From Thiohalomonadaceae bacterium (GTDB lineage Bacteria > Pseudomonadota > Gammaproteobacteria > Thiohalomonadales > Thiohalomonadaceae): DNA of 64,000 nt. The notes under the pieces were generated by a model. It had not been told where the DNA came from, did not search any database, and was given only the letters and a program-made list of their open reading frames with translations. A program made the position numbers and the translations under genes. The stretch lies in assembly GCA_050299175.1 (NCBI GenBank), contig JBNKVM010000074.1, forward strand, positions 19,912 through 83,911. The letters are read 5' to 3'. Position 1 is the stretch's first letter. Each line of letters starts with the position of its first letter. Positions 30,063 through 40,499 of the stretch are shown here, one piece after another.

Positions 30063-31304
30063 CTAGAAGTAAAAGCGTAGACGAACCGTCATGGCCGCAG
30101 GAAGATGGCCAAATTCCGATTGCACTTCCCCGATATTATTCATCCCTCGCCCGTTAGGCAGTAACAGGGAAAATAACAGATCTGATTCGTTGCTGACTGA
30201 ATAGGTCAAGGTGAGTTGATGCAGGAACGACGCAGCGAGTCTGTCTCGCTCATCATCGACCGCCGCCGCAAACAGACTGTAGCTGCCATGTAACAACGGC
30301 GTAATATCGCGATCGACCATCAAGCCTAAGACCTGCCTGCCCAGTTGCTGCTGCAGTCCGGAAGTCACAAGCGGATCGAGTACCTGCACCGCAAGGGCGG
30401 CTTCCGAACTGGCACCATGACTATTGTCATACCACTCGGCAGCGATCAGCGTACCGTCGGAAAACTGATAATCGATCCCAGCGATCCAGAAAAGAAATTG
30501 CTCGTCTGTTTCCTTGAGATTGTAATGGGCACCCTCCACTCGCCACCCCATGCCGGCCCAGGCACTCTCAAATGCTGCGCCGAAAACATTGTTACCCAAT
30601 ACGCTGCCGCCTAGCAGGGATAATTCGGAGATATCACCAACCTGTCGCCGATAATAGAGTCCGCCGCTGTTCTCCACCGCATCATTGTCTTTCGGTTTCA
30701 ACACATAGGCAGCCGTCAGTGAAGAGAATGCAGAGGGATACCAGTCGAAGACAGCCGCATCGATCCCGGGTTTAAAATCGGTATCAAGATCGGTGGGTGC
30801 GAAGGCGCCGAAAATATTCAACGGCTGCCAGAACCTGCCACTACCCCAGTCGACAGGCTGACGCCCCAGTGCCAGTGTCATATTGCCGAAACGCTGTTTG
30901 TAGACAGCACGGTCTATTTCATAGCCGATACGGGTAAGGTTATTGCCGCTAACCTCATCCAGCCAGTTATCAGCCAGGTCATCGTAACGAAACAGCGAGG
31001 TGGAACTGGCAAACGAAGGATAACCATCGAGATGTTGTCGTACAGTTTTGATATGCACCGACCATTCGTTACTGTCACTACTGTTGTCCAGCATCAGGCG
31101 CACACTTTGCTGATCGGCATTAAGCACCTGGTCGCTGGCATCGACATAACCGAAATCCCCTGGTTGGGCCAGAGCGGTAGTCTCCAACATGGAAAAACGA
31201 CCGGTTAGTTCGACGGCATGGGCAGCCGTCGTACCTGACATTGTCAGGATGGCGACAATACCAAAGCTAAAAAGTCTCATGCGAGTGACGTTCAACCTTT
31301 TCAT
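30063..31304 (-). CDS. porin-like outer-membrane protein (family unknown)
   Basis: Signal peptide (...ILTMSGTTAAHA), alternating beta-strand pattern and a C-terminal ...VRLRFYF. The start is uncertain (31304, 31280 or 31325). Confidence 0.45.
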   Translation of the reverse strand: MKRLNVTRMRLFSFGIVAILTMSGTTAAHAVELTGRFSMLETTALAQPGDFGYVDASDQVLNADQQSVRLMLDNSSDSNEWSVHIKTVRQHLDGYPSFASSTSLFRYDDLADNWLDEVSGNNLTRIGYEIDRAVYKQRFGNMTLALGRQPVDWGSGRFWQPLNIFGAFAPTDLDTDFKPGIDAAVFDWYPSAFSSLTAAYVLKPKDNDAVENSGGLYYRRQVGDISELSLLGGSVLGNNVFGAAFESAWAGMGWRVEGAHYNLKETDEQFLFWIAGIDYQFSDGTLIAAEWYDNSHGASSEAALAVQVLDPLVTSGLQQQLGRQVLGLMVDRDITPLLHGSYSLFAAAVDDERDRLAASFLHQLTLTYSVSNESDLLFSLLLPNGRGMNNIGEVQSEFGHLPAAMTVRLRFYF

Positions 31305-31974
31305 CACTGTCGATACGACCATCACGCAGGGTAATGATACGCTCAGCCCGTTCCATTACTCGAGGATCATGAGTCGAAAAAATAAAGGTGGTTTTCTCCT
31401 CGTGGGAAAGCCTGTGCATGATATCGAGTAGCGCGCTGGCGTTTTCCGAATCGAGGTTTGCGGTTGGTTCATCAGCGAGCACCAGGCGTGGACCTGCCGC
31501 CAGGGCGCGGGCTACCGCCACCCGTTGCTGCTGTCCGCCGGAAAGTGCCGCCGGACGACGATGCATCAGATTCTTAAGACCGACCAGTTCCAGATAGTGT
31601 TCAGCCCGTTCGCGCTGTTCGTGCAGTGAACGCCCTTGCAGCACCATCACCATTTCAACATTTTCCAGTGCACTCAGTACCGGCACCAGGTTATAGGCCT
31701 GAAAGATAAAGCCGAGCTGAAACAGACGGAAATCGGAAAGCGCAGCCTCGCTCAGGTCGGTCAGGTCGGTGCTGTTGAGGTTCACATGACCGCTGCTTGG
31801 CGAATCAAGACCACCAATAATATTAAGCAGTGTGGTCTTACCCGAACCTGATGGGCCAACCAGGGCAGCAAACTCACCCTCTTCCACTTCCAGATCGATA
31901 CTCTGCAGTGCCTGCACTTCCACCTCTCCCTGACGGTAACGTTTATCGATCCCTTCCAATTTCAGAAGCGCCAT
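31267..31974 (-). CDS. ABC transporter ATP-binding protein (LolD/MacB-type)
   Basis: Walker [10 protein letters not shown], signature [15 protein letters not shown] and Walker B LVLADEPT. Confidence 0.85.
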   Translation of the reverse strand: MALLKLEGIDKRYRQGEVEVQALQSIDLEVEEGEFAALVGPSGSGKTTLLNIIGGLDSPSSGHVNLNSTDLTDLSEAALSDFRLFQLGFIFQAYNLVPVLSALENVEMVMVLQGRSLHEQRERAEHYLELVGLKNLMHRRPAALSGGQQQRVAVARALAAGPRLVLADEPTANLDSENASALLDIMHRLSHEEKTTFIFSTHDPRVMERAERIITLRDGRIDSDEKVERHSHETF

Positions 31975-31996
31975 AATTCAGTTCTCCACATTCATT

Positions 31997-33274
31997 TCAG
32001 GTACGCAGTGCTTCAACTGGCGTCACCCGTGCTGCTTTGATCGCCGGGTAGATCCCGGAAGCCAACGTGGCAAGAAAAACTATCAATGTCAGTTGTATGA
32101 CCCGGTCCTGCGACAGTTCGGTGTAGATCACCGGATCCATAAAGGTTCCCATGATCGACATATCGCCGCCCATCATAGCGGAGAAATCGAGACCGTGTGC
32201 GGAGAACCACCAATGAGTGCCACCACCGACAATCCAGCCGATCACCACGGCCAGAATACTGAGTAGCATCGATTCACAGAACACCAGCATCAACAGGTGA
32301 TAACGGCCCAGCCCAAGGGCACGCAATAGACCGAATTCACGAGTCCGTTCCAGCACACTCATCAGAACCGTATTGAGGATACCGAAGACCACCATGGTCA
32401 GAATCAGTACCAGGAAAACATAGTTACCTGCATCATCAATGACGATGAACTGCACCAGATCGGGCATCATTTCGTGCCAGTTCAATACCGCCACGTTGTC
32501 GTCTGTAATGGCCGACTTAATCGTCTGCTGCCACTGCCCCATGCTGTCCGGATCATCGAGAAAAATCGCAAAGCGGGTAACCGGCAACTGCTGTGGATCG
32601 GCACCCTCGCCTTCGAGGAAACGTCGAGCAAAGGTGATATCGCCAAGGACCAGATAATCGTCGAGTTCATCGACGTGGGAATCGAAGATGCCGCGCACCC
32701 TGCCGAGCTGTGCCTGGGTATCGCCGCCCTGAGTACCTGCCATCAGGACGATCTTGCCACCGATTTTGACCTTGAGCTTGCGCGCCATACCATCGCCGAT
32801 CAAAACCCCACGATGATCGCCCGGCTCAATCCAGTTGCCATCGACCAGTTTCGGTTTAAGCATCTCGACCCTTGGATCAGTCACGACATCCATCCCCTCC
32901 ATCGCTGCACCGACAGAGTTATTGGCGCTACTGGAGAGCACCTGTAAAGAGATGCGCGGTGCGACATTGCCGGGGATCGCCAGACTATCCAGTATTGCCT
33001 TAAGTGCCTGCCCATCGCCAAGGTATTTATGGTTGGCGGGTGCCTCCAGATAACCCTTGGCCTGTACCGTGAGATGCCCCTCTCCCAGTTTGATTGCGTT
33101 GCGGATCATCGAGTTGTGGCTGCCGTCGCCGATACCGATGGAGAAAACTGCCAGACCGAAACCGATCCCGATGGAACTCAGGGTGATAATGGTACGTCGA
33201 CGATGGCGCCAGAGATTGCGCCAGGCCAACTTGACCAACATGCCTAATGGCATACGACTGTGCTGCGCCATCAT
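31997..33274 (-). CDS. ABC transporter permease, FtsX/MacB-like
   Basis: TM1, a large periplasmic domain, then three C-terminal TMs. The ATG overlaps the upstream stop. Confidence 0.75.
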   Translation of the reverse strand: MMAQHSRMPLGMLVKLAWRNLWRHRRRTIITLSSIGIGFGLAVFSIGIGDGSHNSMIRNAIKLGEGHLTVQAKGYLEAPANHKYLGDGQALKAILDSLAIPGNVAPRISLQVLSSSANNSVGAAMEGMDVVTDPRVEMLKPKLVDGNWIEPGDHRGVLIGDGMARKLKVKIGGKIVLMAGTQGGDTQAQLGRVRGIFDSHVDELDDYLVLGDITFARRFLEGEGADPQQLPVTRFAIFLDDPDSMGQWQQTIKSAITDDNVAVLNWHEMMPDLVQFIVIDDAGNYVFLVLILTMVVFGILNTVLMSVLERTREFGLLRALGLGRYHLLMLVFCESMLLSILAVVIGWIVGGGTHWWFSAHGLDFSAMMGGDMSIMGTFMDPVIYTELSQDRVIQLTLIVFLATLASGIYPAIKAARVTPVEALRT

Positions 33275-34593
33275 CGCAATACCTCCGCGGGCTTGAGCCG
33301 CACCGTACGCCAGGAGGGAATCAGCGAGGCCAGCAGGCTGACCACCAGCATCAGTATGCACGCTTCGACGAGCTGCCCCGGCTCGAAGTAAGCACGCATG
33401 ATCGGTTCGAAAACGATACCGCCCCAGTCATAGCCGTCAGGCATGCTGGCGCTGAAATCGATCCCATGCGTTTCAAGATAACGGGCCGCAAGCGTTCCCA
33501 GCACCGCCCCAATCAGCGCCGACACCAGGGCAAGGAAAAAGGATTCCAGCAGAACCATCAACAACAACCAGCGCCGCTTCATACCAATGGAAAGCAGGAT
33601 GCCAAACTCATGGGTCCGCTCATGCACCGCCATCAGCATGGTGTTGAGCATCCCCAGGGAGGCCAGGCCGACAACGATCAGTCCCATCAACCAAAGAAAG
33701 GACTTACTCAATTCGAGCATATCGGAAATGGCGGGATTGAGTTGACGCCAGTTCCGCACCACCGCCGCACCACCCAGCTCGTCCAGCGGTTCCATCTGTT
33801 GCAGCTGTTCCAGCTCAGTCGTCAGCGCACTCTGCACCGTCGGCAGGTTATCGATATCATTCAGCTTTATCGCAAGCTCATGAAAACCGTTATCGAGGTA
33901 CATCAGCGCCTGATAGGCCTCGACCGACATCAACACACCCATACGATCAAAACCGGGATCCAACGGTTTAAGTATTGCAGCGACACGATAAAGGGCATTA
34001 CCGATACTGCCGTCTGCCGCCTGAGTCACCAGTACCAGTTCATCACCGGGATTTAACTTCATGTTCTTTGCTAGCTGTGCCCCAACCACCACGTTATAGC
34101 GTGTCAGGCCGGACATATTTACGGCTGTGTCAGCCACATCCAGGCGCGCCTCACCGCGGCGTACATGGCGGAGCATGGAGGTTGTTGTCGCCTCCCGCTG
34201 GGGGTCGACTGCCTTGATCAAAACGCCGGTAGAGGTGTTGCGGGAACTGGCGAGGCCAGCGGCATAGAGACGCGGCGCAATATGCAACTGCGGGAACTTC
34301 TGTTCCAGTTGTTCAAGATAATCCCACGGCATGGTGGCGTAGATATCCTGATCGTCGATAAAGGCCTGCCTATGGACCTGCAGATGGCCTGTGGTGACCT
34401 CGGTCGCGTACTGCACCATCTGACGCGACATGCCTTCCAGTAGTGCGGCATAGAGAATCACCATCACCAATCCGCCGACCAGGGCGGAAATGGTCAGCAC
34501 ACTACGCACGGGGTTGCGCCAGATATTGCGCCAGGCGATGAACAATAGCATCGGTACACGACTGAATGGCGAGGTGTTTTGAGTATTTTGCAT
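33271..34593 (-). CDS. ABC transporter permease, FtsX/MacB-like (paralogue)
   Basis: It has the same topology as the neighbouring permease and abuts the LolA-like gene. Confidence 0.75.
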   Translation of the reverse strand: MQNTQNTSPFSRVPMLLFIAWRNIWRNPVRSVLTISALVGGLVMVILYAALLEGMSRQMVQYATEVTTGHLQVHRQAFIDDQDIYATMPWDYLEQLEQKFPQLHIAPRLYAAGLASSRNTSTGVLIKAVDPQREATTTSMLRHVRRGEARLDVADTAVNMSGLTRYNVVVGAQLAKNMKLNPGDELVLVTQAADGSIGNALYRVAAILKPLDPGFDRMGVLMSVEAYQALMYLDNGFHELAIKLNDIDNLPTVQSALTTELEQLQQMEPLDELGGAAVVRNWRQLNPAISDMLELSKSFLWLMGLIVVGLASLGMLNTMLMAVHERTHEFGILLSIGMKRRWLLLMVLLESFFLALVSALIGAVLGTLAARYLETHGIDFSASMPDGYDWGGIVFEPIMRAYFEPGQLVEACILMLVVSLLASLIPSWRTVRLKPAEVLR

Positions 34594-35355
34594 CTAACGT
34601 CGCTGCTGCAAACTTTGCAGGGAAAAGAAGGAAGGCTCCAGCGGTACGCCGAAGTCGATGGACTGATAGGTAATCACTGTCGACTCTTCAGGTTTGTCCT
34701 CTGGCTGCAGACTCATACGCATCGGTACGTCACGTCCATCGATCTTTTGCAATTGATCGAAGATCAGGGTGCGAATTAATACCCCCTCCTCGTCATAATA
34801 AAGGGCACGGTATGGTGCGAGGGTTTTCTGTTCGATCTCCATCACCACCTTACCCCAGACCACCGCCGCATTGGGTTTGGGCAGGGATGTCAGTTCGTAG
34901 ACCTGCCTGCCATCACGGGCGCCTTCATAGGTGATGCTGGAGTCGTAATCATCGGCAAAGGTACTGTCTTTCACCAGATCGTCGTTGGTGAAGTGGCTAC
35001 CCATCCAGGAACCCGACATCATGCTCGAGGGTACCTTGGTGACGCGATTAATCTTGGGCAGGTAATTCCAGATGTTCTCTTTGACTTTCAGGGTAGAAAT
35101 TCCGCGATCCTTGACTGGCTGACGGATCACGATGAGGGAATAGTCCTTGCCGCGAGACCATGCTTCCATGGTCATACTGCGTTGGTAGCGGCGGGTTTTG
35201 ACCGTCATGGTCATAACGGCCTGTGAGGTTTCGCCACGCCACAGCTCGTCGATGTGGCGAATCAACTCGTCCACCTCGATCGCCTGTGCAGGAGCAGCAG
35301 CGACCAGTAATAAAATCAGGAGAGCCTTCCGGCACCAGGCTTTGTGAGCAAACAT
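34594..35355 (-). CDS. LolA-like outer-membrane lipoprotein-sorting protein
   Basis: Signal peptide (LLLVAAAPAQA) and a WRGETSQAVMTMTV...MEAW pattern typical of the LolA_like family. Confidence 0.6.
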   Translation of the reverse strand: MFAHKAWCRKALLILLLVAAAPAQAIEVDELIRHIDELWRGETSQAVMTMTVKTRRYQRSMTMEAWSRGKDYSLIVIRQPVKDRGISTLKVKENIWNYLPKINRVTKVPSSMMSGSWMGSHFTNDDLVKDSTFADDYDSSITYEGARDGRQVYELTSLPKPNAAVVWGKVVMEIEQKTLAPYRALYYDEEGVLIRTLIFDQLQKIDGRDVPMRMSLQPEDKPEESTVITYQSIDFGVPLEPSFFSLQSLQQRR

Positions 35356-35432
35356 TTCGCCTCCCTTGCGCTAGTCCCACTACCGTAGCAGCAAAAACTG
35401 TACGAAACCGTGATTCTGGTTTATCCTAGCAA

Positions 35433-35450
35433 TGACTGACTGGTCAGTCA
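35433..35450. promoter_or_regulatory. 8-2-8 palindrome, candidate TetR operator in the divergent promoter region
   Basis: TGACTGAC-tg-GTCAGTCA lies 22 nt upstream of the TetR ATG. Confidence 0.45.
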
Positions 35451-35471
35451 ACATTGGGTACGGAACCGAGA

Positions 35472-36074
35472 ATGGCAAAACAAGTCGACAAAGAGCAACG
35501 ACAGGCTGAGTTGCTGGAAAAGGCAATAGAAGTCTTTGCCGAGCGCGGCTATCAGGCGACCACCATGGACGAAATCGCCGAACGCGCCGGGGTCAGCAAA
35601 GGAATGCTCTACATCTACTTCAAGAACAAGGAGGCGCTGTTTGGCGCAGTGTTCCGCTGGTTCGGTAAAGTGACCGGCGAGATGGTCATCGAGGCGCTCA
35701 GCGGTATTGATGATGAAGCTGAACAGATTCGATGCATCGCATCCACCTGGGCCAGAGTGGCGACTGAGCAGCGAGAATTCGTACCGCTGTTTCTCGACTT
35801 CTGGGCCGCCGCCAGCATGAAGGGAATGCGCAACGACTACGCCGAAGATCTGGAAACAATGTATGAAGAGTATCGCAGCATGATCATCGGCATCATCGAG
35901 CAGGGCAAAAGCAGGGGAAAATTCCGAAAGGATGTCAATTCACAGGCCATTGCCTATCTGTTAGTTGGCGGAATGGATGGTATTTTCATTCAGTCATGGC
36001 TATCAAACCCGGACAACATCGACAAACTGATGATGAACGCAACAGAACTCCTACTGCGAGGTATCACTGCATAG
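35472..36074 (+). CDS. TetR-family transcriptional regulator
   Basis: N-terminal HTH FAERGYQATTMDEIAERAGVSKGMLYIYFKNKEALF. Confidence 0.8.
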   Translation: MAKQVDKEQRQAELLEKAIEVFAERGYQATTMDEIAERAGVSKGMLYIYFKNKEALFGAVFRWFGKVTGEMVIEALSGIDDEAEQIRCIASTWARVATEQREFVPLFLDFWAAASMKGMRNDYAEDLETMYEEYRSMIIGIIEQGKSRGKFRKDVNSQAIAYLLVGGMDGIFIQSWLSNPDNIDKLMMNATELLLRGITA

Positions 36075-36252
36075 AAACGGTCTCAAAATTAGCGAGTGCA
36101 AGTGAGACAAGGTGCCCCAAAGGTAATGCCCCTTGGGTGCAAAAATGGACGACGGAGCAGAAAGCGGAGTTTACACGCCAGTAAATGAGCATTCTGAGTT
36201 CATTCTTAACACCGCATCAGCAAGCACAACCATTTTGAGACTGCTTCTAATT

Positions 36253-37338
36253 TCAGCCCGGGGTTTGAGCCAGACTCATACTCTTTATCTGCGCCTGTAC
36301 CGCCATACCTTCGTGCAGTCCGAGCCGTTCCCAGGAGTAACGCGATATCCGTGACAGCAAAAGAGTCTCGCTTCCTTCCAGGCAAAGCTGTACCAGTACC
36401 CGACCCGGATCACCTTCACTGTGATCGATGATCTTTGCCGGCAGGATATTGAGGATCGAGGTACCCTGCGGCACGTTGAGGGCGATGCTCACCTCTCTTG
36501 CCGGGATGCGCACCCTTGCCCTGCTGCCAATTGTGGCATCAAGGCGCGGCGCCAGAATCTTTAATCCACCGGGCAGGCCGAGTGTCGTGAGGTGATGGTG
36601 CTCGTCATGTTCGGCGATCTCCGCCTCAATGATCGCGCCAGGCTCTTCGCCCGGAACAAAATGCTGGTGCAAGCTGGAAAGCAGTTCCACCGCAGCGCCC
36701 TGCTCCACCACCCTGCCCGCTTCCATTTGCACGATGTAATCGGCAAGACGCGACACCTCAGCAATGGAGTGGCTGACATAGAGCACCGGGATGGCCAATT
36801 CATCGTGCAGTCGTTCCAGATACGGCAGGATCTCCTGCTTGCTCGCCTCATCCAGTGCCGATAGTGGCTCGTCCATCAGCAGCAGTTTCGGGCTGGTCAG
36901 CAGTGCCCTGCCGATGGCGACCCGCTGACGTTCACCGCCAGAAAGACGCTGTACCCCCCGTGACAACAGGTGACCAATCCCCAGCCATTCGATGACCTGC
37001 TCACGTTTGATCTGCTGCGCACTCTGCGGAATACGACGCAGGCCGAAATCGAGATTCTCCTCAACACTCAGATGGGGAAACAAACTCGCTTCCTGAAAGA
37101 CATAACCGATGGGACGTTGATGTACAGGCAGGAAATGTTTTCCCCCCTGCCACACCTCACCATTCACCTGTAATTGGCCAGCGAAACGCTCCAGTCCGGC
37201 GATAGCCCTGAGCAGGGTCGTCTTACCCGAGCCGGAATGACCAAACAGGGCAATGACGCCACGCCCCGGCAACTGCAGATCCACATTGAGGGAGAAGTTG
37301 CCCAGCGTGGCGGTAAAACTTGCTGCGATCCCGTTCAT
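36253..37338 (-). CDS. modC: molybdate ABC transporter ATP-binding protein
   Basis: Walker [10 protein letters not shown], signature [15 protein letters not shown] and a C-terminal TOBE-like domain. Confidence 0.85.
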   Translation of the reverse strand: MNGIAASFTATLGNFSLNVDLQLPGRGVIALFGHSGSGKTTLLRAIAGLERFAGQLQVNGEVWQGGKHFLPVHQRPIGYVFQEASLFPHLSVEENLDFGLRRIPQSAQQIKREQVIEWLGIGHLLSRGVQRLSGGERQRVAIGRALLTSPKLLLMDEPLSALDEASKQEILPYLERLHDELAIPVLYVSHSIAEVSRLADYIVQMEAGRVVEQGAAVELLSSLHQHFVPGEEPGAIIEAEIAEHDEHHHLTTLGLPGGLKILAPRLDATIGSRARVRIPAREVSIALNVPQGTSILNILPAKIIDHSEGDPGRVLVQLCLEGSETLLLSRISRYSWERLGLHEGMAVQAQIKSMSLAQTPG

Positions 37339-38012
37339 GTACCCTGCTCCCTACTGATACGCCCGTTAACCAGATAGAGCGCCAGCAATACCAGGAAGGC
37401 GAAGCCGATCATGCCTGCCGAAAGAATATGTGCCTGCCCATACTCCAGCGTCTCCACATGGTCGTAAATCGCCACCGACAGCACCTTGGTCTGGCCGGGA
37501 ATATTACCGCCTATCATCAGCACCACGCCGAACTCACCGACGGTATGGGCAAAGCCGAGCACCATCGCGGTGAGAAAACCGGGCCGCGCTAACGGTACCG
37601 CAACATGGATAAAGCGATCCCAGGCTGAGGCCCGTAAGGTAGCTGCCACCTCAAGGGGACGTTTGCCCAATGCCTCGAAGGCATTCTGCAACGGCTGAAC
37701 TACAAACGGCAGCGAATAGAGCACCGAGGCAAACACCAATCCGCTAAAGGTAAACGGCAGGGTTCCGATCCCCAGCGCCTGAGTCAGCTGGCCTCCCGGA
37801 CCATTCGGCCCGAGAAACACCAGCAGATAGAAACCCAGTACGGTCGGCGGCAATACAATAGGCAAAGCTACCAGTGCACTAAGTGGATGTTTCAACCGCG
37901 AACGGGTTTGCGACAACCACCAAGCGATGGGCGTGCCAACGACGAGCAGTAGTAGCGTCGTCAACGAAGCCAGTTTCAGGGTCAACCATACAGGCTGCCA
38001 GTCGAAAATCAT
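37335..38012 (-). CDS. modB: molybdate ABC transporter permease
   Basis: 225 aa, 5 TM segments, located between modA and modC with 4-nt and 1-nt overlaps. Confidence 0.85.
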   Translation of the reverse strand: MIFDWQPVWLTLKLASLTTLLLLVVGTPIAWWLSQTRSRLKHPLSALVALPIVLPPTVLGFYLLVFLGPNGPGGQLTQALGIGTLPFTFSGLVFASVLYSLPFVVQPLQNAFEALGKRPLEVAATLRASAWDRFIHVAVPLARPGFLTAMVLGFAHTVGEFGVVLMIGGNIPGQTKVLSVAIYDHVETLEYGQAHILSAGMIGFAFLVLLALYLVNGRISREQGT

Positions 38013-38758
38013 TATTCCACTCCGTAACCGTAATCAGTGATCACCTTACGTGCCTCACTGCTTTTGAGGAATTCGAGAAATGCCTGCGCCGCTACACTGG
38101 CCTCGCCCTTTTTGAGCAACACGGCCTGCTGCTCGATGGGCGCGTAATACTCCTGAGGAATATCCCAGACACTATCCCCGCGCTCTTTCCATGCCTTCAC
38201 CTGCGACATGGCAACAAAACCAGCCTCTGCATTGCCACTGGCGGCAAACTGAAAGGTCTGGGCAATGGGATCACCACGCACAATTTTACTCTGTAGCTTG
38301 TCCCAAACGCCCAGATGTTGCATCACCTGTTGCGCCGCCAAACCATAGGGGGCGGTTTTGGGATTAGCAATGGATACATGGGCAAAATCACCTTTCTGCA
38401 GATACGTTGGCGCATCAGCAAAGCGTCCCGCCTGCGCACTCCACAACGCGAGCTTACCCATCGCATAAGTGATGCGGCTGCCTTTCACAGCCAGTCCCTC
38501 TGCTTCGGCTTTCTTCGGTCGCTTGCTATCGGCAGCAAGAAAAACTTCGAACGGCGCCCCGTTTTCAATTTGCGAATAGAGCTTACCCGTAGAACCGAAG
38601 CTAACTTTGACCTTGTGCCCGGTCGCCTGCTCAAACAACAGTACGATATCGCGAGTAGCATCAGTAAAGTTGGCGGCAACCGCCACGCTAGCCTCCTGCG
38701 CAGTCACGGGCAGTACAAAAATAGTCATCAATAATCCAATCAGGGGGAGCTTTTTCAT
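38012..38758 (-). CDS. modA: molybdate-binding periplasmic protein
   Basis: [10 protein letters not shown]... signal peptide and the ModA pattern AANFTDA...[25 protein letters not shown]. Confidence 0.85.
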   Translation of the reverse strand: MKKLPLIGLLMTIFVLPVTAQEASVAVAANFTDATRDIVLLFEQATGHKVKVSFGSTGKLYSQIENGAPFEVFLAADSKRPKKAEAEGLAVKGSRITYAMGKLALWSAQAGRFADAPTYLQKGDFAHVSIANPKTAPYGLAAQQVMQHLGVWDKLQSKIVRGDPIAQTFQFAASGNAEAGFVAMSQVKAWKERGDSVWDIPQEYYAPIEQQAVLLKKGEASVAAQAFLEFLKSSEARKVITDYGYGVE

Positions 38759-38800
38759 CTTGCATACCTCATAAAATAAAACAAACCCGGTTGTCACGAT

Positions 38801-39625
38801 TCAATCGTGCACCGCCAAAATGACACTGGATGCCTTAACCAGTGCACACACCTCAACTCCCTCCTTCAACCCCAGGGAGTGAATACTATCGTTGGTAATA
38901 ATGGCGGTAAGGATTTTGTTGCCGGGCAAAGCAATGCCCACCTCGCCATTAACCGCCCCCTCAATGCAGGTCGTCACCGTGCCGCATAGTCGATTACGCG
39001 CACTGCTACGTATCCCATCCTCCCCTGTTGTCAAAATCGGCACCGAAGCCTTGATCAGGGCATGGGCCTCACGACCTTTCCTTAATTTAAGATCCTCGAT
39101 GCTTTCGTTAGTGATTACTGAAACGATGCGTAGGCCATTGCCGATATCCAGTTCCACTTCACCGTTGACCGCGCCTTTGGTTACTTTGGTTACCTTGCCG
39201 AGATACTGGTTACGGGCACTACTGCGCATAGAAAACCTCCTCATCAACTGATTGAATCGGTCAAAATCGATCAGGCCATCACTGAGCCGTGACATAAATC
39301 GTCGATACTCGTCTTCTACCTGGTGAAACATCTCGACCGTACGCCGACCTTCATCGGTCAGCTGAGTACCTCCACCATGCTTACCACCGGTCATCCTTTC
39401 GACCAAAGGCTTATCAGCAAGATTGTTCATCGCCTCTACCGCCTGCCAGGCCGCCTTGTAACTCATGCCAAGGCTACGCGCGGCGGCGGAGATCGACCCG
39501 GTTTCATCGATAGCCGAAAGCAAACGTACCCGGCCGCTACCGAGAAAGGCTTCACCCGCCTTATCGAGCCAAACCCGCCCGTCGACGGTGTTGGTCGTGC
39601 GCTTTTTACGTTTCGTTACCGCCAT
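38801..39625 (-). CDS. modE: molybdate-responsive transcriptional regulator ModE (HTH + two Mop/TOBE domains)
   Basis: GSISAAARSLGMSYKAAW HTH and two repeats of SARN...G.V......GAVNGEV. The ATG at 39625 has a GGAGG SD. Confidence 0.8.
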   Translation of the reverse strand: MAVTKRKKRTTNTVDGRVWLDKAGEAFLGSGRVRLLSAIDETGSISAAARSLGMSYKAAWQAVEAMNNLADKPLVERMTGGKHGGGTQLTDEGRRTVEMFHQVEDEYRRFMSRLSDGLIDFDRFNQLMRRFSMRSSARNQYLGKVTKVTKGAVNGEVELDIGNGLRIVSVITNESIEDLKLRKGREAHALIKASVPILTTGEDGIRSSARNRLCGTVTTCIEGAVNGEVGIALPGNKILTAIITNDSIHSLGLKEGVEVCALVKASSVILAVHD

Positions 39626-39640
39626 ATCCAACCTCCACAC

Positions 39641-39664
39641 CGTTATATCCTTCAGGATATAACG
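39641..39664. promoter_or_regulatory. Mo-box-like palindrome (candidate ModE operator)
   Basis: CGTTATATCC-ttca-GGATATAACG has perfect 10-bp arms and lies 16-39 nt upstream of the modE ATG. The TATAT/ATATA cores flanked by CG resemble published ModE sites. Confidence 0.55.
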
Positions 39665-39819
39665 CTTGCCAGACGCCTGTCATTGTCGACTTCTCTACAG
39701 AGCTGGGGAAATTGTCACAACAAATCGTACAAACTAGCGAAATTTGTCGTTATTTCCTCAGGGTTATAACGCTAAAGGCAAGCTATGTGCCAACAGCTCG
39801 ATTGGCTACATTCGCGTTG

Positions 39820-40197
39820 CTAAAACTGTTTCAATGCTGCCGCAAGCATACTATCCATGCGGCTAATGTGGAGGTTAAGACGTTCGGGCAGTCGTTCACG
39901 AACATAGGCCCGGGCAAAAGGTTGACGACGCAGGAGTAGCTGGCGGATCTCTGTCAATAGTTGACGATGATCTTCCTTGTGTTCCGCGGTGTGACGAAAA
40001 TCGACCTGTTCCATCAACCGTTCTTCATCAGCGAAATGCTCCTCCATCTTCCCTAACAGAGAAAGAAAGCGGGGTGGAAATTCCTCTTCGCTGGCCACGT
40101 TTAACTGCTGGGCGAATTCAGCCAGATGCCGGTGAATTTCGTCCAACGGCGAATAATCAAGCACCACAACAGAAAAAGGTTTGAGTGTCTCAGCCAT
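39820..40197 (-). CDS. hemerythrin-like (HHE cation-binding) domain protein
   Basis: His/Glu spacing: EIHRHLAEF, EEHFADEE, HTAEHKEDH and HISRMD. Confidence 0.6.
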   Translation of the reverse strand: MAETLKPFSVVVLDYSPLDEIHRHLAEFAQQLNVASEEEFPPRFLSLLGKMEEHFADEERLMEQVDFRHTAEHKEDHRQLLTEIRQLLLRRQPFARAYVRERLPERLNLHISRMDSMLAAALKQF

Positions 40198-40498
40198 CTG
40201 CCCTACCCGGCCGTTGCGACAGTTTATGCAGCAGCAGCAAATAGTCTCGCAGATCGCTGATACAAAGAATCAGACGGCGGTCATCGGCAAACATTTCATA
40301 CACGTTGCGATTGCCATCGTTATAGGCACGAAAGGTATTACGAAATTCGTTGGGCAGAACCGACTGCTTTGGCAACACCGCACATATCTGCTGCCAGGCA
40401 TTACGACACTGTGCGGCAGTTTCACTATCTTCGTCGAATGAACTGGCGTCCAATCGATTCCACCGCAGGATGCGCCAGTACCGCTCCAGCTCTTGCAT
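40190..40498 (-). CDS. hypothetical protein (nif-operon tail, no recognised family)
   Basis: 102 aa. It overlaps the downstream gene by 8 nt and abuts the upstream gene, so it is placed within the operon. Confidence 0.45.
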   Translation of the reverse strand: MQELERYWRILRWNRLDASSFDEDSETAAQCRNAWQQICAVLPKQSVLPNEFRNTFRAYNDGNRNVYEMFADDRRLILCISDLRDYLLLLHKLSQRPGRADG

Positions 40499-40499
40499 A

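Noticed and set aside
36067-36246. 10-bp inverted repeat (GGTCTCAAAAT / ATTTTGAGAC) flanking the ~160-nt TetR-modC spacer, possibly MITE-like
   Set aside because: The arms are short and there is no target-site duplication or second copy in the window. The evidence is insufficient.
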